Assembly (NCBI GenBank): GCA_044892505.1
Contig: CM097883.1
Coordinates: 182,094,001-182,158,000, forward strand
Direction of reading: 5' to 3'
Length of the DNA: 64,000 nucleotides
Source of the DNA: Schmidtea nova
Taxonomy: Eukaryota
Part shown: positions 11,640 through 23,700 of the stretch, in pieces
Numbering within the stretch: position 1 is the first letter of the stretch
Layout of the letters: each line of letters opens with the position of its first letter
Translations under genes and position numbers: made by a program
Notes under the pieces: generated by a model
Told to the model about the DNA's origin: nothing
The model's database searches: none
What the model saw: the letters and a program-made list of their open reading frames with translations, nothing else

Positions 11640-13050
11640 CCCGATTATGTTCTGCCTCGATCCGGACGGTACACATTCATCGTGGTTTCGCATCTTTGAA
11701 ACTCGTACGTTCTCTTTCCCGAAGTCACGCGCAGGTCATCTTTGACAACTTACCTGCTGAATTGATATCCTAACTTGCCCCAAAATCACCAAATCCCTAG
11801 ATGAAGAGAATCAATGCGAAAGCCTGAAAGCCTGAAAGCCCTAATAATTTCCAAATACACCTTTTCACAGACCCAAGCTTTGCAAAATCTATTGGCACCA
11901 TAGATATACTCAGGCCAACAATCTAGCCTCATTTTTGCAGAGATAGTTCGTTCAAACGATCCGGCAGTACCCGACCTTTCTAAAAATGCTCTCCTCTACC
12001 ATCTAAAATATTTGCTGGCATTGGTTGACTCCGAAGACCCATATCACCTCGCTAAGATCGCTGACCGCATTCACGCACTCGAAACACATAAACCACGCAC
12101 CACCGCTACCCACAGCCGTTAATACAACTCATACACCCAGTCTTTCCTTTCCCTGCTACGCTAAAAGATACTTCAGCGACTCATCATCTTCATATCAGGG
12201 GTAACATGCCAATCATTCACCAACAACACGCACATAAACCCTACAGCCAAGAAATAGAGCCCGCTAATCTGCTTTTATCACAACAGATTCAGACAACATG
12301 CACAGAAATGCTGTAATAGTTGCACGTCAGAGCTTCGCACCAATCAAAATTCAATAATCCCGACGTGCATCCATCATCACTTTTTTAAGAACGAGACCGT
12401 ATCGTGACTAGGCGGGTGTTCGTGGCATCACTCGTCTAAAAACTAATTAAGTCATCAAATACCCCTGGACGGCCTGATGACTTCCAGTCAGTTAATCCTC
12501 CTTCTCACAGCAAAACACATCCAACACGTACAACATCAACCCCGTCAACAAACACTATTTCAGGAACAACCGCTACTCTCTCCACATCTCAATCATCTCA
12601 CACAGCACCACTTACCACACCACCCAGTACACCACCCACAGTACCACTTACCCCGTCTGATGATGACTTTCAAACAAGCGACCCTCTGCTTCCACCACAA
12701 ACACCACGCACCACATTTTACACACTACTTACCACATCACCGATCGCCAAAATCAACACTCAAACTTTACCTTCACTCACTTCGCACGGAACCACTGGAA
12801 ATTTCTTTTTCAACGCTCAATTTTGCGACACCTCTGAACCATTCAACCAACGCACCATAACACTACTGGTAGTTACAGGCTCGTCCTATTCTATCCTACA
12901 TACAAACTTCGCCACAGACATAGCCTGCTTCTTCTCCGTGGTTGCCACGAACGGTACACACATACCGCTATCCGGTACAAAGACAATCCAATATCTCTGA
13001 TACCACCTTCTACATGCTAGGCCTCGACTTCCTAACAAACGAAGCAGTGC
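11640..13050 (+). mobile_element. Degenerate Ty3/Gypsy gag-protease remnant
   Basis: Gag-like SWFRIFET, DNLPAELIS, ESLKALIISKY, LAKIADRIHALE. Protease-like LLVVTGSSYSIL...VATNGTHIPLSGTKTI with the catalytic D lost. Many stops. Confidence 0.65.
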
Positions 13051-13124
13051 ACATTGAAAGTTGTACTTCGTGTTGCATACCGATTTTGTATTAAAACTTT
13101 TATTATTTTCACCTATTTAAAACA

Positions 13125-13790
13125 ATTTTATTGCGTTTTCATTGTAATAAGGTATATATAAAATATAAATTGTTATAAAATGACTTGATTAGAAATTTGT
13201 CGAATTTTGTGATGAATACGTGTTTTGTGTTAACATTTGTATTTTTCACATATAAACAGTAACTTTATTGAATTTTTATTGTAATATTGTAGGTGTAAAA
13301 TTTAAATTTCTATAAAATGATTTGATTAGAAATTTGAAAGTTGTCGTGTTTTGCGAATAAGGTTTTAAGTATCAACTATTTCAAATTATTTTATTGAGTT
13401 TTTATCGTAATAAATTGTGTGTAAAAATTAATTTTATACAAAATGGTTTGATTGAAAAATTGGTTTCTCGAATTTTGTAAAGCACATGTGTTTTGTTATT
13501 AATTTTTGTATTTTTCATCTAAATGAAGTAATTTTATCGAGTTTTGATTGTAATAAAGTATAGATAAATTTTAATTTTCTATAAAATGACTTGATTCATA
13601 GTTTAAAGTTTTTTTGTGTTATATATATAATTATTAATTAAATTTTACATTTTTCACATATATACAGTAATTTTATTGAATTTTTTATTGTAATATTGTA
13701 AGTTTAAACTTTAATTCTCTATAAAACATTTTGATTCAAAATTTAAAGGTTGTCATATTTTGTGTTGCACACTTGTTTGTTTAGAATTGA
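13125..13790. repeat. Degenerate ~135-140 bp minisatellite, about 5 copies
   Basis: TTTTATTG.GTTTT.ATTGTAATA...CTATAAAATGA.TTGATT recurs at ~13127, 13265, 13390, 13533 and 13672. Confidence 0.7.
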
Positions 13791-16179
13791 CTGAATTGTT
13801 TGAATTTTTATAAAATCTTTGAATAATTATGGTGATTTGGAATACTTTTCATATAAATATTGGATACATTTCTGAATGAATATATTGAATAGGGAATATT
13901 TTGAGTTCGGAGTATATTATCTTTAACTACTTTGTTAATAATTTCTGGTCATTTTATACGTTTTTAATAAAATTATTAGATATTGACTTATTTTTAACAG
14001 TTTATTAAAGAATATTAGGTGTGATATATATATTTTTTTAAATTAAACTTTACTATTTGATTACGTTTTGTTAAAAGTCTTGAGTGTAGAATATATTTGT
14101 AATTAAATTTTACCGGACGACTAAATTTTATTATTGTGAAATATAATTTGAATAAATATTTTGAGTGTGGGTTTATTTTATAATTAAAACTTTATTGGTT
14201 AATTTTCTTTTCAATGACTATTTTCAGTGTTGAATTAAATATATAATGAATTTTAATTAATTTAGTTTTAAATATTGGTATTACTTTTTCACTAAACTTA
14301 ATGGACACAATATATTTTAGGAGTTGAATATATTTTAAATAAAAACGGTTGACTGTGGAATAGAGTTTCAATAACAATTCTGAGTCATGAATTAAATTGT
14401 TAATGAACTTTTACTAATTTAAGATTATTTTTATAAAATCGCATTTTTATATTACATTGGCTATAAAATGGGTTAATTATAAGAAATTTTAATTATTTCA
14501 ATAAATATTATATTTTACTAACCATTTTATTAATATATTTACATTATTTCTATAAGCAAACATATTTAGTGAATCTAATTAGTAATTATTTTAATTAATA
14601 TTAGTAATAAAACTTTTAAATTATTGCATTTCAATGCAAACAATAAATTAAAACAGATTGTTTTTAGTAATAAATTTAGGTAAATTAGGTAATTTTTCTT
14701 TTTTCTTATAACTTTAAATTAAATTTTAGATAAAAATTTTCATATTTCAGCGAAAACAAATAATTCAAACAAATAAATTTAGTAATCATTTTAGATAATA
14801 AATTAATTTTTATATTTTGTAGTTAATTAATTTAAATTTTAACTTTAATTTTTGATTAGTCGCATTTTAAAAAATTAGTTTAGTAATTTTGTATAATTTT
14901 GTAAAAGTTAATAAAGTAATTTGAAATAAAATATGTTTTAATTATTTATTTATCAAATTTAAATAAATTATATTATGATATACATGATAATTACTATAAA
15001 ATTTTATATTATTTATAAAAAAATTAATAAAATTCTAATTTATAAGCAAATTTATGAAAATACACAATTTTATTAATATGCGAATGACTTTATTTTATGT
15101 TCCATTTAACTAAACATATTGTTTTTTTTGTTTTAGGCTGAAAATCTAAATAAACTTAATTTTATGGTAATTTTATTTCAGTATTGCTAGTAAATATTGA
15201 AATAATATTATCACTATCTTAAGTAAAATTGTGATATATTTTAAAGATATTAAACTAAAATGAAGATGAATAAATGAAATAAAAATATATATAAAATCTA
15301 TTTTTGTGATTCGAAAATTTATATTACAGTCCGGTCAGTATTAAATATTTAGTACAATTTGAATGCTGTAAACTTTTTCTTGATAAATTTATTATATGGT
15401 CGTTATTTTCTTGGATTAAAATTTTTACAATAAATTTGCATGTGTATTAGTGAAAATAATGGGAAATGTGTGAATTATCGATAAAGTTTGGTATGGATCA
15501 ATGCTAAAATATGAAGAACCATCAGTACTTGAAAGAAATTACGAAATTCAATGTTTTATCAATTAATTATGATAATAATCATCATTCTATGAGATTTATT
15601 GTTACTTGCTATATTGTCTTTAAAAAACAAAGTAAAGTATTCAATATATTCTGGTAAAATTATAATAATGAATGTTTGTAATTTGTAATATAAAATTAAT
15701 ATCACAGGAGATTTTGATGTATTCTTTGCAGTTTTAATGTTAATCCATTATTAATCCATTATTACATTTTTGTCAGTAAAATATTTTGGAAATTATATTA
15801 AATATTGAAAGAATGTCTATTTTTAAATAATTATTTAACACAATTTTCTTTTATTTAGAATAATTTATGAAAGAATATTTATAATTTGGTATGAATTGAT
15901 CATTTAATAAAGAAATTTAAGTAAAGAATTTATAAAATTTTATATTTTAACATAATTAATTTATAATAACAATTACATGGTATTTTAGAAGCAAGGTTAC
16001 AGTAAAATGCATAGGTTTTAAATTACCAACAAGGATAAATAATTAAATTAATGCATAAAGTATATAAAAATGTTTCATATTTTGATATGAAATTAGTATT
16101 AGTATTAATTTAGTTTGAATAAAGGAATATTTTAATTCATTTTAAGAGTGTAAAAATTTTAAATAGCATTTATAATATC

Positions 16180-16635
16180 TGAAAATTATGATTCAAATCA
16201 ACCTTTATACAGTAGGAACCTTGATTCTGTCATTGGCAAGCTCAAAGACTAGAATAAAAAGCTTAAGTACAATGAGTGAACCTAAATGTTATAGTCTTTT
16301 AGGTTATGACGAAACTAAAAAAGATAAGGCTGTAACATTGGAGGGTACTGGCATAAAGCATCAGTCATACCTGGACTGTTTTAATAAATAACCAAATATT
16401 TTCTGTTCCCCAAACCAGAATCACAAGTAAAAATCCTCAACATTTTACTATTCAAAATGAAAAGACTGCACTGACAAACGCAGATGATAAAAGGAAATGG
16501 GTAACAAAAAATAAAAGCTTGGCATATGGCCATTACATGGGAGGTGACTTGGTTATATTTCAACATACCGAACCCAGAATCAATCCAGATCAGCAATTCC
16601 AAGATCAAACTGAAGAAGAAACAGTTTTATTTAAA
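16180..16635 (+). pseudogene. Polinton pPolB C-terminal remnant
   Basis: Clearly homologous to 1825-2330 (AACCTTGATTCTGTCATTGG, CATCAGTCATACCTGGA, GATGATAA, AATAAAAGCTTGGCATATGGCCATTA), with frameshifts and stops. Confidence 0.88.
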
Positions 16636-17189
16636 TAAAATTTGTTGAAAAACTTTGTTTTTTAATTATTTAGTTATAAATTTTACAGATTAGTTTCACT
16701 CTGTTTTTATAATTTGGGTAATAATTTTTAGAAACTATGGTTATGTCATAGAAATAATAGTAATATTAATAGTAAAATTATAAATAATAAATAATTAGTT
16801 TAATATTTATCGTATTTCACCATGTGATATATTCTTATAATATTTTGAGTAGTGCTTTCATTGAACGTTTATCATTGAAGGTGTTCAAAAATAATAACAA
16901 TAATAATAAATTATACTAACAAAAGTAAATAATTAATATAAAAAAATAAATAACTGATTAAAAAAAATTAATAAATAAATAAATAAAAATAAATAAATAA
17001 ACAAAAAATCCGAAAAGTAAAACAAAACATAAATTCAAAATGGCACCAAAAAACGCGCGATAACTCATAGTGGTTTAGACCTGACACTGTCTTCTACTGA
17101 CGGTATTTCACGTGATTTTTCACTGGTCACATCTAGTTATTTATGAAATATTGAAGAAAATATTAATTGTGTTCTGAAAACAGTATATT

Positions 17190-18705
17190 CAGTGACGTAG
17201 CTGGGGGAGCAGGAGGAGCGGCCGATCCCCCTGAGACCATTTTTCAAAAAGTTGGGCTTTTTCAAGAATAAAACAAATACTTTATTCAATAATTTCAATT
17301 TCCAATTTTGCAAGTCACAAAGATGTATTTATTTATTTCAATCGTTCAAATAACATAAAAAGTTAAAAGCTGTGTTCACTCCGTCCATAAATTCGATAGT
17401 TTAACATATCCTTATCCAAGTACAAAATTCACAACTGGAAACTAGTAAGTTTATCTTAGAGTCAAACTGATTTATCATCTGTTGCAAGATTGTTGGAAGA
17501 ATTGACGTCTTATAATTTAATGTCTTTGCTCATAAAGACAAACCAAAGATTATATATTTCATTGACCGTAATGTTATTTGTTTATTATAATCATCGTCTG
17601 CTGTTTATAAAAAAATAAAAATATTAATCAATTGAATTAATTGAAAATTAAATATTGTGATTTGTGACCTAGAAACTGAATTTTTTGGAAAATTTAATGG
17701 AAAATAACACTGAAAGAAAGAAACTGTCTGGGCCATCTGGATGGGATAAAAAGAGGGAAAAAGAGGGAAAAAGAAGTCGAAGATCGTGAAAGAGAATCTT
17801 TAAAATATGCAAAATTGGATGCATATTTTTCATTCAGCAATTCTTCAAGTACTATCTGATTCTCGAAAAAGGTTTGTGGTTGAAATCTACTTAGTGTCAC
17901 TAGATTGTGTTATAACCAGCACAACTAAGAGATTTGAGCATTTTAACAACGTGGCATCCAAATTTAGTTGTTTAGATCCAAAGCATTTTAGCAACGCCGA
18001 TAATGTGACCAAATTAGAATATCTGTCAGAGATGTACTCTGACGTTGTCGAAAGTAAAACTGAAATTGTTCAAGAGTTTCTTTCTTTTAAAGACATGCAC
18101 AAGGAAATAATCATTATTAATAATAAGGACAATTCCAGTGATGAAGAAATGAGTCAAATGACCATCAATAATGTACTGAAATTCATGATCGCCAATGACA
18201 TGTGTTCCATTTATCCTAATCTGTCCACATTGTACCGCATTTTTCTAACCTTGCCAATCAACAGTGCTGGCGCGGAACGATCGTTCAGCCGACTCAAACT
18301 CATTAAGTCATACGTACTTTCTACAATTGGCGAAGACAGGTTGTCGGGTTTAGCTTTGATGACGATTGAAAGACAGTTTGCTAGTGAAGTGGATTATAAC
18401 GAAGCAATTAATAACTTTGCTAAAATGAAGCCTAGACGAAAAATGCTGATGTAACTGGTTTATTCTGATATACAAATACAATAACATATTTTGATATTAC
18501 TAAACATTATTGTTTTTGATTGCAACTTTATGGGTGTTGGTGACTTGGTGTTTCATTTTTATATTTAAAATGCAAAAATAAATGCGTATAAACTATATCC
18601 CAATTGATATAATTAGCTGAAATTAAATGAGTTATTTTGATATTGGTAAGTGGGCCTTTTCTAATCTTCTTGCTCCCCTGGTGTTAAAATCTGGCTACGC
18701 CACTG
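17190..18705 (+). mobile_element. Internally deleted hAT transposon (ZMYM1/hAT-dimerisation type)
   Basis: TIRs CAGTGACGTAGC / GCTACGCCACTG; perfect 8-bp TSD AGTATATT. The N-terminus (RKKLSG, from ~17697) is joined to the C-terminal YPNLSTLYRIFLTLPINSAGAERSFSRLKLIK domain (ORF to 18454). Confidence 0.92.
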
Positions 18706-19363
18706 AGTATATTATATTAAACTCGACTAAACTAGTGAATGCTTATTATTGCTCTTTATCAGTGTCGAATATCAATTTCGGATACCGAAATATGAAGTAA
18801 ATTGAGTTAGGGGCAGCCAGAAAAGTCAATTGCATAGTATACTGAAATTTGGATTTGTATTTCAAAGATTAGCCATATTTCAGGGAATTTCTAATTTGAA
18901 TCTGGTAATACAGCATATATTAAATAGTGATTTTTTGGTAACCGCACTAAGTATTAAATAATTAATAAATAACAAAATAAGCCTTTGCTGCAAAATTTTT
19001 TATTAAGTGAAAATTTTCGATTATAATATAAAACCCGAGCGGTAAGAGGTACCCGAATCAAAAATGATATAATTGGGTTTAGGACAAACAAAGCAAGAGG
19101 TGCTAACGAATAATACAATCAAACATGAGATTCATTCAATTAAAGAAACAGTATAAAAGGAGATCGAATCTAGAATTCAAGTCTGAGTGGTCGAAGAAAA
19201 AAAACTTAAAGTGAGTAATTGTAATACAAGAGTGTCAGTCAGAGTCAGAGTCAAAGTCAAATTTATTCTTTGTAGCGTACCAGAAAGTTAAATATTCCTT
19301 TTGAATACGTATGCCTATGCTGTTAATTTGGAAAAGATTGAAATTGTGTAAGATTGTGTAAGA

Positions 19364-20037
19364 TACGGTGACCAGATTTCTTGATAGTGAATGTGGTAGA
19401 GAGGGGTGGTTTTTCCAAAAATAAAAAAAAAATATTAATTTATATATGACACATATTTATTGTATCACAAAAAAAAAAAAAAAGTACATTTTCTTCTCTT
19501 TACATTTACGTTTGATGACATGATTATCGCTTATCCTTCAAGAATTTTTTTTAATGAAAATAAAATATTTATTAATTATTACTTTTAACTTACAATTTAA
19601 TTAAATTGACAATTTATTGTTGAAATAAATAATAATAAAGCTGATATTTAAAAAATCGCATCCGAATTTTTAATTACATTTTTTTTCACGTTAAAACACA
19701 GCCACACAGCCTACTTATCAAGTGCATTTAAATTAAAATATTAAACTGTCAAAGATGTCATAGTGATGTGAATTGACAAACAGGGTTTTGTAAGAAATTT
19801 ATTTGTCGTTCCTTCCGGCGATATAAATTAAAATCGATATATTTGTTATTAATATATCGACTCCTAAAACAACCCAGTAAACTTAAAACTTTTACAAAAA
19901 ATGATTGATAATTTTTTAAATCGATATATTAATGAAATGACTTAAATGTGGTACAAAATGTGGTGCAGTTGACAATGTTGGACGCCTGTTCAAAATGTTG
20001 TACTGTACCACACAATGTGGTACGTATGGTCACCGTA
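19364..20037. mobile_element. Non-autonomous hAT-type MITE (674 bp)
   Basis: TIRs TACGGTGACCA / TGGTCACCGTA; perfect 8-bp TSD GTGTAAGA; no coding capacity seen. Confidence 0.88.
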
Positions 20038-20752
20038 GTGTAAGATTGTTGAAATTGTGTAAAGAGAATTGTTATTAAATAATTGTATTGAATAAATGTT
20101 GTAGTATATACCCAATCCTGTTTTTACAGTCGTTTTTTGCACGATTTTGAAATAACACGGTTGAAGAAATATAAAAAATCCTGATTTTACACGATTTGAA
20201 TTTTTTACACGGACAAAGATTTTACTTCTAAAAAAATTCACAAAAGAATTTATGAAATATTTTGTGATTTGGTTAAAATGTATATAGGCCAGCCATGGTG
20301 TGTTAACAAAATTAATAAGTTTTTATTTTTTTTATTTAGTGTTATAGTTTTTTAATTTGAGATGAATTATTTACTAGTTGAATTTAACTCTGTTTTCGAA
20401 AAATAAAAAAAATATTTAAAAGTATGATTATGTATGTAATTGCGTAATTTTGACTGGTATGGTGTAATGGGGGAATCCCAATTATATTTATTATATTTAA
20501 TATTTCATTCTAGTTTTATTTCTTGTTTTTCATTACGGTTTAAACATTGAAGTGAAAAGTCATATTAAAAACTTTGAAGTTCGTAATTTTTTATCGTTAA
20601 TTTATTATAATATGTACGTATTATTTATTATGTTGAATTGAAAATCCATAAAATAGATTGCTTAAATTTTTTATGTTAATTAATAGAATAAAGTAAGTTC
20701 TAGCTTTTATAATTCTTAAGTAAATTATTCAATATTAAATTTTTATTTAAGC

Positions 20753-23700
20753 CTACACAAAAATGACCGATACAGCTGCAACAAAAACGTTAAAATGACA
20801 ATCCATTTCTTTAGAAACAAAGATACAAATCCGAGATCGACTAGCAAATAGGAAGGTTCCAGTTTTGTTGGTAAATGTTTTAATTTGAACGGAGCTACGA
20901 TCAGAACAATTCATAAAAATGAAACCACTATAAGACAATCGGTGACATATGGTTCAAAATTTAGCGCTAAATGTTTTTCATATACAAGAGATGTAATTTT
21001 ATAAAGAACGGAACAGATGTTGGTAGCATGGATAGAAGATCATACGAAAAACATGTAACAGTAGATATCAATACCGTTAAACAGAAGACTTTAAGAATTT
21101 ATGAGAGATTAAAATACCTGAAACCAACTGATGAGAACAACAACAGATTTACTGCAAGTAATGGGCGGTTGCAAGGATTTTTGGAGCAAGATGCGATTTT
21201 CTAATGTTAAAATTAAAGGTGAAATTGCTTCAGAAAATATAGCAGCGGCCAAAGAATATCCTTCGGAGCTTGCCAAAATAATTGAAGATGGTGATACAAT
21301 AGTCATCAAGTGTTTAACGCCAAGGAAACTGACATCTTCTGGAAAAGGATGCCTAGCAAAATATACATAGCAAAACACGAAAGAAGCGCTAGTGGTTTAA
21401 GGCGACGAAAGATCGAATTACGTTTTTATTTTGCAGCAATGCAGCAGGAAATCGTAAACTAAAACCTGATAAATAAATCACTTCAGCCACGAACAATGAA
21501 AGGAGTACATATGAATACACTGGTAGTCCATTGGAAAGCTAATAGAAATGCGTGGGTTACTACAGCAGTTTTGAGTAAGTGGTTCAATACTTGTTTTGTT
21601 CTAGAAGTAAAAAGTTATATGACAGATGAATTTATATGTAGTGATCTATTTATCAGCAAAGGTTTTAGTTTACAATCTCTGGCTGCATTGCTGCAAAATA
21701 AGAAAGTAATTCGATCTTTCGCCGCCTTAAACCACTAGCGCTTCTTTCGTGTTTTGCTATGTCATTTAAAATTCTTTTGGTTGCAGACAACGCTCCTGGC
21801 CACCCAGATTTGGGGCATCCTAATGGAAAAATTATTTTTTTGCCTCCTAATACTACTGTGCTTATTCAATCATTGAACCAAGGTATAACTGTAGCATTTC
21901 AACAGTATTACATAAAGAATTATTTTCAATACATTTTGAATAAAATGGATACTGATGTAAACCTTAGTGTCATCGACGCTTGGAAAAGTTTTTCAATATC
22001 GGATTGTGTGAAACATGCAGACGTAGCCTTATCAGAAATACGACCATTGACCTTGAATGTCTGTTGGCAAGCTATTGGGCCGCAATATGTTAGAAGTGAA
22101 AATTCTAATATCACATCAAATACGACAGACAAAGTGTGTAATGAAACAATCACTTTGGCACGAACAGTTAGAGGTGAGAGTTTCGATAATTTTACCATTA
22201 ATGATATAAACGAAATGGCTGTGGATAGAATCCTTAACGAAGACGAGTTACTAGATATTGCATTGAAGAACGAAGACACAGATCCACAAAATAGCAATGA
22301 TGAGGACGAACAATCCTGACTAATAGCTAATTCAACTTTTGAAGGCCTTAAAATGGCAAATAATTTGGCAGATTATTTTCTAACTAATGATCATATAACC
22401 GAACGAGCTGCGAAATTTCAATCTGATCTGAAATCTTGTATGGCTTGCTACAAGGAACTTGTGCTTAATTTAATTATTATTATTATTATTATTATTATAT
22501 TTAATTATTGTTTAATTTAATTTCAGTTGTTTTAATATTGAGTGTATTTGAAATAGATTTTAAAATTTTAGAAGCAATTGATGTTATATAATAAATATTC
22601 CAAAATTTGTTAATTATTTTTACTACAAGCTATCGCGGCCAACGATGGAAGTTTTGAATTATCTGGAAAAATTCGATGGAACCGGCAATGTTGCAAGCTG
22701 GTTTGCTCAACTCAAATCAATTGTAAAGATGTTGAAGATAGAAACTATAGAAGTTTTTATGCCTATTTTTTTGAAAGGTGATGCATATGTTGTCTACAAA
22801 CATTTATCAGAAAAGGACAACGCTAGTTTTGAAGGAATTGAGGATGCATTGGAAAAAGCTTTCTCTCCAAGTATGTTTTTATCATACGAAAAAATGAGAA
22901 ATTATAGATAGACTGGAGGATCAGTGGATGTATTTTTGGCCGATCTAAGATTTCATTCAAGACTTGTAATAGGGAATGAGAACTCCGTTAGAAACGCTTT
23001 TGTCGTAGGACTACCTAAAGACGTGTCGAGATTGTTGTAGGCTACTTCAAAGATTGATACTGTGCCAATGGAGGATATTGTTCAAATAACACGGGCAATG
23101 ATGAATACGAGAATTCAAGACATTGAATGTGTCAACGTTGTATATAACAAAGTAAAACGTTGTACTCATTGCGATAAGATTGGCCACGTAGCTGAATGTT
23201 GTTTTAAGAAGTTTGGTACAAGGTGTTGGTCTTGTAACGGCACCGATCACATATCTAGAGTATGTCCAAATAAGAATTCAAAAAACGACAACGGGGTAAC
23301 ACTAACGCCGGTGTCTACTCCATTGAACCAGTAATGGCGTTGCAAATAATCACAATTAACGTGAATGGGAGAGAGGCAAATGCTTTGATTGATTCCGGAT
23401 GCTCAAGATCTGTTGTTTTGGCTTCATTGGTAAGCAAACAGTTGAGAAGAACGGACGAGATGATGATAGCAAATGGAACCTCTGTGTCGTGTTATTGTGA
23501 TATATTGGTAAACTTGGTGACTAGAGGTATAGATTTACGAGTAAATTGTCTGGCTCTCGAAATATTACCCTACGATATTGAGATGATCCTGGGCATGGAT
23601 ATTATTGGAAGATTAGGGATGTCCTCATTAAAACAGATGGAGTCGTTTTTTCGAAAGAGAAGGTATGTGTGCTGAGTGATAAGTGTGTCACTGGGGCAAG

